From the NCBI GenBank assembly GCA_035553375.1, contig DATNCY010000159.1, positions 34,653 to 66,652 of the forward strand: a stretch of 32,000 bases of DNA, written 5' to 3'. Position 1 is the stretch's first letter. Each line of letters begins with the position of its first letter. The notes below the pieces were generated by a model. The model had not been told where the DNA came from. It was given only the letters and a program-made list of their open reading frames with translations, and made no database searches. This document shows, piece after piece, positions 23,379 to 32,000 of this stretch. This DNA comes from Gemmataceae bacterium. Its GTDB lineage: Bacteria; Planctomycetota; Planctomycetia; Gemmatales; Gemmataceae. The position numbers were made by a program, and so were the translations under genes.

Positions 23379-24050
23379 ATGAACGCTCCCGCGATCAAAC
23401 TGGCTCCGTCCATCCTCGCCGCCGACTTCACCCGGCTGGGCGAGCAGGTTCGTGAGGCCGACCAAGCCGGTGCCGACCGTATCCACGTCGATGTCATGGA
23501 TGGCCATTTCGTGCCGAATATCAGCATGGGGCCGTTTATTGTCAAGGCGATACGGCCGGTGACACGCCTGCCATTGGAAGTCCATCTGATGATCGAAGAG
23601 CCGATGCGCTATCTCGATGCCTTCGCCGAAGCCGGTGCCGATTCGTTGCTGGTGCATGTCGAGAACGCGGCCAATTTGCATCGCACCGTGCAGCACATCA
23701 AGGCGCTGGGGAAGAAAGCCGGCGTCGTACTCAACCCCGCCACCTCGCCGGTCGCCATCGCCGAGATTCTGCCCGATGTCGATCTCATCCTGGTGATGAC
23801 GGTCAACCCCGGCTTCGGCGGGCAAAAATTCATTCACAACACGCTCGGCAAGATTCGCCGTTTGCGTCAGATGATCGACCATGCCAAGCTGGATATTGAG
23901 TTGGAAGTGGATGGCGGCATCGACGCGGCGACAACGCCGTTGGTAGCGGAGGCGGGGGCGCGTGTGTTGGTGGCCGGCTCGGCGATCTTCGGCGCGGCGG
24001 AGGGGGTGGAGGCTGCCATGAACAAAATGCGTGCCGTCCTACCAACATGA
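23379..24050 (+). CDS. rpe: Ribulose-phosphate 3-epimerase
   Basis: An internal ATG at 23379 of ORF 23178..24050 gives [24 protein letters not shown]...[17 protein letters not shown]...[13 protein letters not shown]...VDGGI, the classic Rpe motifs. It starts 4 nt after the pgl stop. Confidence 0.92.
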   Translation: MNAPAIKLAPSILAADFTRLGEQVREADQAGADRIHVDVMDGHFVPNISMGPFIVKAIRPVTRLPLEVHLMIEEPMRYLDAFAEAGADSLLVHVENAANLHRTVQHIKALGKKAGVVLNPATSPVAIAEILPDVDLILVMTVNPGFGGQKFIHNTLGKIRRLRQMIDHAKLDIELEVDGGIDAATTPLVAEAGARVLVAGSAIFGAAEGVEAAMNKMRAVLPT

Positions 24051-26737
24051 CAAGCAAAGAACATGAACGTCTGAACGAAATCCGCGACGATCACAGCGGT
24101 TGGCGTCGCTGGGGGCCCTACGTCAGCGAGCGTGCCTGGGCCACCGTCCGCGAGGACTACAGCGCCGATGGCGACGCCTGGGACTATCTGCCGCACGACC
24201 TCGCCCGCAGCAAGACCTATCGTTGGGGCGAGGACGGTATAGCCGCTATTTGCGATCGCTATCAGCTTCTTTGCTTCGCTCCCGCCTTTTGGAACGAACG
24301 CGATCCCATCCTCAAGGAGCGACTGTTTGGCCTGACCGCCCACGAAGGCAATCACGGCGAAGACGTGAAGGAGTATTACTTCCACGTCGATAACACGCCG
24401 ACGCACTCATACATGAAGTACCTCTACAAGTATCCGCAAGCTGAGTTTCCCTACGATCAACTGGTTGAGGAGAACCGCCAGCGTAACGGCGAAGGATTCG
24501 AGTTTGAACTCCTCGACACCGGCATCTTCGACCAAGATCGCTATTTCGACATCGTCATCGAATACGCCAAGGCGACGCCGGAAGATTACTGCATCCGCAT
24601 TGAGGCATTCAATCGCGGTCCCGAGGCGGCTCCCTTGCACCTGCTGCCGCATCTATGGTTTCGCAATATCTGGGCGCGCGGCCCCAATGCCTGGACATTG
24701 CACCTCACGCCGGAACCGTGCATTCGCCCCGGACCCAGTGGCCCCGGCTTTCTCAGCCTCGTCAGCGATGATTCGGCCGTCGAGACACTGACGAATATCC
24801 CCGTGTCTTACCGGCTCGGACCGCGCATCCTCTACGCTCCACCGGAAGGCCGGCTCCTGTTCACCTTCAACGAAACGAATGGCCCTCGCGTCTACGGTCC
24901 CGGCCATAAAAGTCGCCGTCCCTACGTCAAGGACGCCTTCCATCGCCATATCCTCCAAGGCGAGGATAGCATCAATCCGGATCGAGAAGGAACCAAAGCC
25001 GCTCTTCATTATCGCTTTTCCTCCGTTCCGGCTGGCGGTTCCGTCGTGCTGCGCTTGCGGCTGACGGACAACCAAGCTCTGAATGCGCCACTGGATGAAG
25101 TCGATGCCGTGGTTGCCCAGCGCAAAGCGGAGGCGGACGAGTTTTATGCCGCGATCCATCCGCCCAACGCCAGCGCCGACGAACGCGACATCCAGCGCCG
25201 CGCGCTCGCCGGGTTGTTGTGGAGTAAGCAAAGTTACCTCTTCGACGTGAATGTCTGGCTCAATGGCGATCCCGGTTTGCCGCCTCCGCCGGCGTCGCGC
25301 TTGGACATTCGCAATGAACACTGGCGGCACCTCAACTCGCTGCGCGTCCTGGTCGTCCCGGACAAGTGGGAATATCCCTGGTTCGCCGCCTGGGACTTGG
25401 CCTTTCAATGCGTTCCGCTGGCCCTGATCGATGCTGGGTATGCGAAGGAACAACTCTACTGGCTGCTGTTCGAGCAGTTCCAGCATCCCAATGGCCAGTT
25501 ACCCGCCTATGAATGGGAATTTTCCGACCTTAATCCTCCCGTACATGCCTGGGCGGTTTGGCGCGTCTACAACATGGACAAGATTCGCGGCGGCAAGGGC
25601 GACCGCGTCTTCCTCGAACGCTGTTTCCACAAACTGCTCATCAACTTCGCCTGGTGGGTCAATAAGGTCGATCGCGAGGGCAACAACATCTTCGAGGGCG
25701 GTTTTCTCGGTCTGGACAACATCTCGGTGGTCGATCGCAGCATGCGCTGTGACGATGGTAGCGTGCTGGAGCAGTCCGACGCGACCGGCTACATGGGCAT
25801 GTTCTGCTTGAACCTCATGCGTATTGCCCTGGAGTTGGCCCGCGAAAACTCCGTCTATGAGGCGATGGCCGTCAAGTTTTTCGAGCATTATGCCTACGTC
25901 GCCGCCGCCATGAAGAACATGGGCAAACGCGGCTACCAACTGTGGGACGAAACGGACGGCTTCTTTTATGACGTGCTGCGTTACCCGGATGGCCGTTTTC
26001 GCAAGTTCCGCCTGCGTTCGCTGGTCGGCCTCATTCCCCTGTTCGCCGTCGAGCGTCTTGAAATGCCGTGGATCAAACCGTTTACGGAGTTCAGCGGTGC
26101 CTTTCACTGGTTCCTGCGCAATCGCCCGGAACTGGTGCGCAACGTCGTCCACACGGTCGGCGAGGGCGACCAAACAACCTACGTCCTGACCATCCTTGAT
26201 GCCAACCAGTTGACGCGCATCATGGAACGAGTATTCGATGAAAGCGAGTTCTTATCTCCGTATGGCATCCGCAGTTTGTCGCGGACGCACCTTGAGCATC
26301 CGTTTGAGTTCGATGGTGATGTGGTGGGTTACGAGCCGGCTGAAAGCACGTCGAAGCTCAAGGGCGGCAACTCGAATTGGCGCGGCCCACTATGGTTTCC
26401 GACGACGTTCCTGCTGATTGAATCGCTGCGTAAATTGGGAGCGGCGTTTGGCCCGACTTTTGGCGTGGTCGTGCCGGCGTCGAACGGCGAGCCGATCACC
26501 TTCCCGCAAATGGCCCGCGAGATCGCCGATCGACTCATCCGCATTTTCACTCGTGATGAGCATGGCCATCGCGCCGTCTACGGTGGATCGCTCAAGTTTC
26601 AGGACGATCCGCACTGGCGCGATTTGCTGCTGTTTTACGAATACTTCCACGGCGACAATGGCGCTGGCCTGGGTGCCAGTCATCAAACGGGCTGGACGGC
26701 GTTGGTCGCGTCGTTGATTGACGAATGGCGGAGTTGA
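24047..26737 (+). CDS. GH63-like (MGH1-like / alpha-glucosidase family) glycoside hydrolase
   Basis: The ATG at 24047 overlaps the rpe stop (ATGA). It is 896 aa. The (alpha/alpha)6-barrel type motifs are [49 protein letters not shown] and GFLGLDN. The family assignment is from memory of similar ~890-aa bacterial 'glucosidase' proteins. Confidence 0.8.
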   Translation: MTSKEHERLNEIRDDHSGWRRWGPYVSERAWATVREDYSADGDAWDYLPHDLARSKTYRWGEDGIAAICDRYQLLCFAPAFWNERDPILKERLFGLTAHEGNHGEDVKEYYFHVDNTPTHSYMKYLYKYPQAEFPYDQLVEENRQRNGEGFEFELLDTGIFDQDRYFDIVIEYAKATPEDYCIRIEAFNRGPEAAPLHLLPHLWFRNIWARGPNAWTLHLTPEPCIRPGPSGPGFLSLVSDDSAVETLTNIPVSYRLGPRILYAPPEGRLLFTFNETNGPRVYGPGHKSRRPYVKDAFHRHILQGEDSINPDREGTKAALHYRFSSVPAGGSVVLRLRLTDNQALNAPLDEVDAVVAQRKAEADEFYAAIHPPNASADERDIQRRALAGLLWSKQSYLFDVNVWLNGDPGLPPPPASRLDIRNEHWRHLNSLRVLVVPDKWEYPWFAAWDLAFQCVPLALIDAGYAKEQLYWLLFEQFQHPNGQLPAYEWEFSDLNPPVHAWAVWRVYNMDKIRGGKGDRVFLERCFHKLLINFAWWVNKVDREGNNIFEGGFLGLDNISVVDRSMRCDDGSVLEQSDATGYMGMFCLNLMRIALELARENSVYEAMAVKFFEHYAYVAAAMKNMGKRGYQLWDETDGFFYDVLRYPDGRFRKFRLRSLVGLIPLFAVERLEMPWIKPFTEFSGAFHWFLRNRPELVRNVVHTVGEGDQTTYVLTILDANQLTRIMERVFDESEFLSPYGIRSLSRTHLEHPFEFDGDVVGYEPAESTSKLKGGNSNWRGPLWFPTTFLLIESLRKLGAAFGPTFGVVVPASNGEPITFPQMAREIADRLIRIFTRDEHGHRAVYGGSLKFQDDPHWRDLLLFYEYFHGDNGAGLGASHQTGWTALVASLIDEWRS

Positions 26738-26741
26738 TCGT

Positions 26742-27452
26742 TCACTTCAGCAACCCAAGTACGATGTAATCCGTCACCAGGATTTGGCTCGGCAATCCCA
26801 CGACGGCGATGGCCGTCCACAGGTTGATCCCGCCACGGAGTTTGCCAATCAGCAAGTCGTCGATGCGGTCGCCGAGATTAGTTTGCACCTTGGCGAGATC
26901 GACGCCGCCATGCTGGGCATGTTCCTCGCGGAAGCGCGCCAGCGTGAATTTGCCGACGGTATTGGTCAGCCGAATTTGCACGCGACAGCGAAGCCAGCCG
27001 GTCAAACCGCTGCCTGCCGGCGGAGCTTGAACGAGGTGGTGAATGGCGTCGTCGAGACGTTGTTCCGCCTGGGCCAACGGCAAGCGCTCGGCCGTTCGCG
27101 TTGCCCAACCACCGCGCTCGCCATGTGCTTGTTCCGCCGAGACGCCCAACAGTCGGCCAAAGATCAACCGTACCGCCGCACTCCCAAGCTGGTACTTATG
27201 CAGACCGTGAAGCATGGCCACGACTACGGCACGCTTGGCCCCCAACACGATACCGACAACCACGCATTCGATCAGTGCAATCAGTGCAGCTATTACTCCG
27301 TAGACGCCGTTTTGAGCAGACAGCATATAGTACGACGCGAACGCCAGCACCACGCCCAAAAGCAAGAAGAGGAGAAAGGTGAGCAGGAACGAGCGTATCG
27401 CCACCAGCATCAATCCGGCAACATCACCCAGGATTCCTCGCACGTCAACCAT
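26742..27452 (-). CDS. Hypothetical integral membrane protein
   Basis: ATG at 27452. Two or three hydrophobic helices are present (LMLVAIRSFLLTFLLFLLLGVVLAFASYYML, VYGVIAALIALIECVVVGIVLGA). Its composition is more protein-like than the overlapping plus-strand ORF 26718..27461. It is convergent with the GH63-like gene. Confidence 0.7.
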   Translation of the reverse strand: MVDVRGILGDVAGLMLVAIRSFLLTFLLFLLLGVVLAFASYYMLSAQNGVYGVIAALIALIECVVVGIVLGAKRAVVVAMLHGLHKYQLGSAAVRLIFGRLLGVSAEQAHGERGGWATRTAERLPLAQAEQRLDDAIHHLVQAPPAGSGLTGWLRCRVQIRLTNTVGKFTLARFREEHAQHGGVDLAKVQTNLGDRIDDLLIGKLRGGINLWTAIAVVGLPSQILVTDYIVLGLLK

Positions 27453-27563
27453 TGGTATTGATCCGCCGATTGGGAGCGAATAACGATCGTGCTACTGAAG
27501 AGTATTTCGGTGGAGGAGGACAATTATTTGCGCGGATGTTTGCCAGCGACTTTCGCGTGCATA

Positions 27564-27992
27564 TTAAACGGTCCAATCCTCGGTAATCAACCCCGGCACG
27601 CGGCCAAAATCGCGCACGTTGCGCGTCAATACTACCAAGCCGCGCGACAACGCGATGGCGGCGATGCGCAGATCCATTGTTGTTAGGCGCACGCGCTGGG
27701 CGAGCAAGCCACTGAACACCGCCGAGGCCGCCACGTCGAAGGGAAGCACTTGGGCCCCTGCAAAGGCGTTCAACATTCGTCCAAGCATGCCGTAGCCCCG
27801 AACAACCTCGGCGGCGGTTCGGGCGCGAGCCAGGAAGGAATGGCAGCCCAGCGCTTGCTCGTGCAGACTCACCAGGCAAAACGCCAGGTCCGAGGGTTGC
27901 TGCTGCTGGATCCGTGCCGATAGAGCGGCAAACTCCGGTCCTGACTGCCATTGCAGGATACTGATGTGATCCGTGTCCAGGAGATATTTCAC
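27564..27992 (-). CDS. vapC: PIN-domain toxin (VapC-like)
   Basis: The GTG start at 27992 overlaps the upstream stop (GTGA). The N-terminus is MKYLLDTDHISILQ. A later acidic residue context (LTTMDLRIAAIALS, VVLTRNVRDF) is typical of VapC PIN toxins. It is 142 aa. Confidence 0.85.
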   Translation of the reverse strand: MKYLLDTDHISILQWQSGPEFAALSARIQQQQPSDLAFCLVSLHEQALGCHSFLARARTAAEVVRGYGMLGRMLNAFAGAQVLPFDVAASAVFSGLLAQRVRLTTMDLRIAAIALSRGLVVLTRNVRDFGRVPGLITEDWTV

Positions 27993-28201
27993 GAATCGGC
28001 ATCCTCGGGAGGGTAGTCGGCCTGCCGGTAGGCTCGTCCATATTCCAGCATCTCCAAGAAGGCCGGCTCATCTTTCATCGAACCGATAACCTTATCCAGC
28101 CAGTTGGGAGCCGGGGGTGGCGGGCCTAATCGATTCTGGATTTCTTTCACGGCTGCTTCGAGTGCCGCCAGTCGCTGCTCAATCGTTGGTTCCGTGGACA
28201 T
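27989..28201 (-). CDS. Putative antitoxin of the VapC-like toxin
   Basis: ATG at 28201 is preceded by GAGGAGG. The 70-aa ORF overlaps the toxin start by 4 nt. The call rests on its position and size in a classic type II TA layout. The sequence family is not recognised. Confidence 0.65.
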   Translation of the reverse strand: MSTEPTIEQRLAALEAAVKEIQNRLGPPPPAPNWLDKVIGSMKDEPAFLEMLEYGRAYRQADYPPEDADS

Positions 28202-28295
28202 AAGACTGCCTCCTCATTCGTTTGGCCATGAAGACCATCTCACGTCATGCTAACGAGTGCCGGCAAACGCGGCAATCTTGCCCATCGAGCCACAG

Positions 28296-29525
28296 TTATT
28301 TGCGCGGCGCGGGCGTGTTGGGTGGCAGAGGCACTTGCCCGTTCCCAGACACATAGCCAATCAAATCGCGTACTTCGGCCGGACGCAACGGCGTCAGCAA
28401 GCCATCGGGCATCATCGATTGCGGCGAACGCTGGCGTTCCTCAATGTCGGATTTCGGCAGACGCACTACCTCGTTCTGTGTCTGCATTGTCAGCGTCTTG
28501 TCCGACTCCTCCTTAACCAGTCCGCTAATTGTGCGCCCTGACTTCATGGTGAGGACGGTCATTTGATAATCGCGCGCCACGACGGCGCTGGGATCGAGCA
28601 ACTTGGACAGCAGATATTCGGGATTGGCGCGCTGCGAGCCGGTCAAATCGGGGCCGATTTTGCCACCTTCGCCGAACAGCGTGTGGCAGTTAGCGCAGGT
28701 GCGTGCGAACAAGGATCGACCGTGCTTGCGGTCGGCTTTCTTGAGGGCGTCGGCCGGCACCATGGCCTTGTACTTGACCAGCAATGTCGCCTTTTCCGCC
28801 GACGGCGGACGGATCGATCCCCAAACCTTGGTGAGCCGGTCGCTCAGTTTCTTGTCCTTGAAGGCGAGAAGTTGACGAACGGTAAAGGCGGACAGATCGC
28901 GTCGCCGCACGCGGCCTTTCTCCATCGCATCGAGCAGAGCGAGCGCGTAAGCAGGCCGCGAGGCGAGCGTAGCGATGGCGTCTGATTTCTCAGCTTCCGT
29001 GAATCCGGCGTAGTGTTCGAGAATGAGGGCCGGCGTTGCCGCATCGCTGTAGGACGCCAGACCGCGCAGGGCCGAACCGCGCAGCGCGCGATCGGTAACG
29101 AGTTGCCGCAACAGCGGCAGCAGGTCGGGCGGTCGTTTCTCGATCAGCGTTTGTAGGGCGTTACGCCGGGCTGTCGTATCGGCTTTCGGATCGGCCGCAG
29201 TCTTGCGCAGCGCGGCCAGCGCTTGCGGATCGCCGAATAGCACGGACAATTGCAGGACTTTCTCACGAATCTCGGCATTTTTGCTCTCTGCCAACTTGCG
29301 ATACACGGCCGACCAGCCTTCCGGTGCAGCGACGTTTCGGCGTCCCTGTAAGGCTTCGTGCATGCCGCGCAGCACATCGAGTTGCACGGCGGCATCGTTG
29401 GAATCGGCAAGGATGCGCGCCAGGGACACGAGAGGGCGGGAGATTGTCTTCGGCGGGGCGGCCGCCTCTGCGGACACAAGCCCGGATAGGAGCAAACCAG
29501 CGAGCGCCAAGTTTCGGCGAAACAT
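28296..29525 (-). CDS. Secreted HEAT-repeat protein with C-terminal c-type cytochrome (PVC-type heme-binding) domain
   Basis: ATG at 29525 follows GAGGA. The signal peptide is MFRRNLALAGLLLSGLVSAEA. Helical HEAT-like repeats follow. The heme motif CANCH is followed by GEGGKIGPDLTG ... MP, as in the planctomycete/verrucomicrobial heme-binding domain. Confidence 0.85.
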   Translation of the reverse strand: MFRRNLALAGLLLSGLVSAEAAAPPKTISRPLVSLARILADSNDAAVQLDVLRGMHEALQGRRNVAAPEGWSAVYRKLAESKNAEIREKVLQLSVLFGDPQALAALRKTAADPKADTTARRNALQTLIEKRPPDLLPLLRQLVTDRALRGSALRGLASYSDAATPALILEHYAGFTEAEKSDAIATLASRPAYALALLDAMEKGRVRRRDLSAFTVRQLLAFKDKKLSDRLTKVWGSIRPPSAEKATLLVKYKAMVPADALKKADRKHGRSLFARTCANCHTLFGEGGKIGPDLTGSQRANPEYLLSKLLDPSAVVARDYQMTVLTMKSGRTISGLVKEESDKTLTMQTQNEVVRLPKSDIEERQRSPQSMMPDGLLTPLRPAEVRDLIGYVSGNGQVPLPPNTPAPRK

Positions 29526-29591
29526 GCGTTGTCCTCAGAAGGAATCCACAGGAATAAACAGATCGCGAGGAAGCAGCCTGCCTCCAGGCGT

Positions 29592-30134
29592 TTAACCGAC
29601 GATTCTCAACACGATAGCGAGCAGGAGAAAAAAGCCGCTCAAACCCATACCGACGACGCCAAGCGTTTTGGCAAGCTGGAGCCTTTTCCGGGCATCGCGG
29701 TAGTGTTTCCCACCAGGCAGCCGTGACATTTCCTGCTCGGCCTTGCTCATGGCGAGGCGGCCCAGGATAAACCCAATCAGCGGCGCGCAGGACAGGCAAC
29801 AAGCGAGGATGCCGTACACCAATGGCGCGCTGGAAGGAACGATATCATCATCATCGTCGTCGCGCGGCCGTCGCCGCTTCGGGCGTCGTGGACGCTCTTC
29901 TTCCTCAGAGTCGCGTCGCGGCCGCTTGGCGACACGATCTTCGGGGTCGCGTCGTGGCCGCTTCGTCACACGCTTCTCCGGCTCCTCGTCCGCCGCGACT
30001 ACCTCTTCCAACTCGACGGCCGCGTCCGGTACGACGAAGGGCTTCTTGCATGCGGGACAGCGTACCCGCTTGCCGGCGGAGGCATCGCTCACTTTCAGCG
30101 ACTTATGGCATTCCGGGCATTGGATAACGGCCAT
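29592..30134 (-). CDS. Zn-ribbon protein with highly charged repeat linker and C-terminal membrane segments
   Basis: ATG at 30134 follows AAGGAG. The N-terminus MAVIQCPECHKSLKVSDASAGKRVRCPACKKPFVVP is the same ribbon type as in 9053..11212. The linker holds duplicated RV(T/A)KRPRRD(P/S)E and a poly-Asp run. Two C-terminal hydrophobic helices are present. Confidence 0.8.
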   Translation of the reverse strand: MAVIQCPECHKSLKVSDASAGKRVRCPACKKPFVVPDAAVELEEVVAADEEPEKRVTKRPRRDPEDRVAKRPRRDSEEEERPRRPKRRRPRDDDDDDIVPSSAPLVYGILACCLSCAPLIGFILGRLAMSKAEQEMSRLPGGKHYRDARKRLQLAKTLGVVGMGLSGFFLLLAIVLRIVG

Positions 30135-30173
30135 CAGCGATGCTCCTTGTCGTTGTTCTCTCCCTTTGGAGCC

Positions 30174-32000
30174 TCATTCAGCCGCCACGGCGATACGGCG
30201 GGCGATGTATTGACGCACTAGCGGAATCCGGCATTTCGCCAGCAACTTCGCCGCACGATCGGGATTGTTCGGCACCAATTGCTCGATGCCGTACCAAATC
30301 ATCAGCGGTAGATTATCGTCGGTCGCATCCTCCGCATGTCCCGCCAATCCTTCGGCGATGTCCCAGCGCTGCGCCAGCGGCAAACGCTGCAACGCCGACG
30401 CTATCGACAATCGGACGGACGATGACTTGTCACGGCGTGCCATCTCCTCAAGACGCTTCGCGGCATCTTCCGAGATGCGGCGGTCTTCCACGAGGAGACG
30501 CACCACCCAGCCGCGCAGCGCCGCATGCGGGCTGTCCAGCAAGCCTAACAATACTTTCTCATCGAGTGGCCCGATGACGTGCAGCGCCCATAACGCCCGC
30601 AGTTTACGCGGCACTTCGGTTTGTTCATCGAGCATCTTCAGGAGCTGCGAGCGGACGTTCTTGCCGAGTTTGCCAGCGTCGGCACGCTCTTGCAGCAGAC
30701 GGCGCGATTGACGCACCCACCAATCGTTTTTGTGCAGTTGCAGGCGAACGAGTTCCTCATCGCTCTTTGCGGATAGATCGACGTGAACCGCAGCGGGTTT
30801 GCCGAATGTCACCTTGTAGATGCGGCCGCACGGCTCGACGCGGTCGTAATCGTGACACTCGCCGGTGTCGTGCCAATCGCTGACGAAGACGCCGCCGTCG
30901 GGACCATAAAGCAGCGACAAGCCGCGGAACCATGAATCGTGCGCCATCAGGAAATCCTTGCCGTGATGGGCGACGTAGCCGGAACCGTGACGCTCCAGCA
31001 CGTCCTGATTGACACGGCTGCCGTGGAGATTGCACATGAAAATGCGATGGCGATATTCGTCCGGCCAGTTGTCGCCAAGGTAGACCATCGCGCCGGCGTG
31101 TGCGTGACCGCCGCCGGGCGCGTCGTGCGTCCCCTTGCCGCCGCGCGAACCCGTCCAGTTGCCGCCGCCCCAGTGGATGTGGTCGGCGCAACTCGTCATC
31201 AGCGCGTAGCAGTTGGGGTTCAAATCCTGGCCATACATGCGTGTGTAATGCGCGCCGGGCACGACGTGGAATAGGTGCTTGATAACGCAGTTGGTGATGA
31301 ACATTTCGCCGTAGTCGTCGAAATCCAGCCCCCACGGATTCGTCGTACCCCAGGCGAACGCCTCAACGGATTGCTTGACCGGATGATAACGCCAGACGCC
31401 GCAGTTAATGGCGACGCGCTTCTCCTTTGCGGTTCCAGGCCGGCCGATGTGCGAGTTGGACATGATGCCATTGCAGCCGTAGAGCCAGCCATCTGGCCCC
31501 CAGACCAGATTGTTGAAGACGTTATGCTTGGCCTGCAAATCCCAGCCGTCAAGCACCACTTGCGGCGCGCCGGCGGGTTTGTCCTCGCCGGGACGGACAG
31601 GAATGAAGAGCAGATGCGGCGTGGCGCACAGCCAGACACCGCCGAAACCGATGGCAATGCCGGAAAGGTTCGTACCCTTGTCCAAAAAGACCTTGCAAGA
31701 GTCGAAATGTCCTGATCCTTTCTTATCCTCGAAGATGAGGATGCGATCGTGGCCTTGCTTGCCTGCCGGCAGCCAGTTGGGATACGAGTGCGATTCGACC
31801 ACCCATAAGCGACCGCGATCGTCGGTGGTCATGGCGATTGGTTTGACAAGATTGGGTTCGCTGGCGAGCAGCGTGGCGCGGAAGCCTTCGGGCAGCTTGA
31901 TGCGCTCGGCGGAGCGCTGCGGCGACAACGAGGTTTCCTGGGCGGAGGCGAGAGAGACAAAGGGGCAGACGAGAAACGAGACAAGAATCGCGCGCCACAT
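30174..32000 (-). CDS. Secreted PVC-type membrane-bound-dehydrogenase-domain protein (beta-propeller) with C-terminal HEAT repeats
   Basis: The ATG occupies the last three bases of the window (31998-32000), so the N-terminus is apparently complete: MWRAILVSFLVCPFVSLASAQE, a signal peptide. The hallmark IKLPEGFRATLLASEPNLVKPIAMTTDDRGRLWVVE is present. The C-terminal HEAT-like helices include SSSVRLSIASALQRLP. Confidence 0.85.
   Translation of the reverse strand: MWRAILVSFLVCPFVSLASAQETSLSPQRSAERIKLPEGFRATLLASEPNLVKPIAMTTDDRGRLWVVESHSYPNWLPAGKQGHDRILIFEDKKGSGHFDSCKVFLDKGTNLSGIAIGFGGVWLCATPHLLFIPVRPGEDKPAGAPQVVLDGWDLQAKHNVFNNLVWGPDGWLYGCNGIMSNSHIGRPGTAKEKRVAINCGVWRYHPVKQSVEAFAWGTTNPWGLDFDDYGEMFITNCVIKHLFHVVPGAHYTRMYGQDLNPNCYALMTSCADHIHWGGGNWTGSRGGKGTHDAPGGGHAHAGAMVYLGDNWPDEYRHRIFMCNLHGSRVNQDVLERHGSGYVAHHGKDFLMAHDSWFRGLSLLYGPDGGVFVSDWHDTGECHDYDRVEPCGRIYKVTFGKPAAVHVDLSAKSDEELVRLQLHKNDWWVRQSRRLLQERADAGKLGKNVRSQLLKMLDEQTEVPRKLRALWALHVIGPLDEKVLLGLLDSPHAALRGWVVRLLVEDRRISEDAAKRLEEMARRDKSSSVRLSIASALQRLPLAQRWDIAEGLAGHAEDATDDNLPLMIWYGIEQLVPNNPDRAAKLLAKCRIPLVRQYIARRIAVAAE

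Noticed and set aside
26718-27461. 247-aa plus-strand ORF
   Set aside because: The opposite-strand ORF 26742..27452 has clear TM helices and normal codon usage. The plus-strand translation is Gln/His/Arg-rich without structure.
28296-32000. Interpreting the dehydrogenase and cytochrome c ORFs as one frameshifted pseudogene
   Set aside because: Each ORF has its own ATG, SD and signal peptide, and a complete independent Zn-ribbon gene lies between them.
1-32000. Search for integrase, transposase, tRNA or rRNA genes or direct-repeat island boundaries
   Set aside because: I recognised none in any frame. The accessory character of the first ~19.7 kb rests only on gene content and REP density, so no mobile element is called.

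Overview
This is a GC-rich bacterial chromosomal segment. Its gene content looks like Planctomycetota, probably Gemmataceae-like. This placement is an inference from four traits: many TM Ser/Thr kinases, a kinase-WD40 giant, PVC-type dehydrogenase/heme-binding proteins, and Tat-signal Gfo/Idh/MocA plus TIM-barrel isomerase pairs. The window has two parts. (1) About 1-19.7 kb is an accessory-looking signalling/conflict region punctuated by a 23-bp-arm palindromic REP-like element at five loci. It contains a co-directional cluster of ECF sigma, TM Ser/Thr kinase (DUF4384-like ectodomain), exported TPR-CHAT caspase-like protease and Zn-ribbon/TM protein (2906-11212). After that come a Macro-like + SIR2_2 fusion protein (12855-14612), a 1526-aa atypical-kinase/TM/2x7-blade WD40 protein (14782-19362) and a small DUF4351-like gene carrying an expanded 12-nt repeat. 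(2) About 19.7-32 kb is ordinary metabolism: Tat-exported sugar-phosphate isomerase and Gfo/Idh/MocA oxidoreductase, pgl-rpe-GH63-like hydrolase, a membrane protein, a VapBC-like toxin-antitoxin pair, and PVC-type dehydrogenase/HEAT/cytochrome c proteins. The best candidates for an undescribed system are the Macro-SIR2 fusion (alone or with its neighbours) and the sigma/kinase/CHAT/Zn-ribbon cluster. I saw no rRNA, tRNA, CRISPR array, integrase or transposase. All domain calls come from motif recognition by eye on the supplied translations, with no database search.
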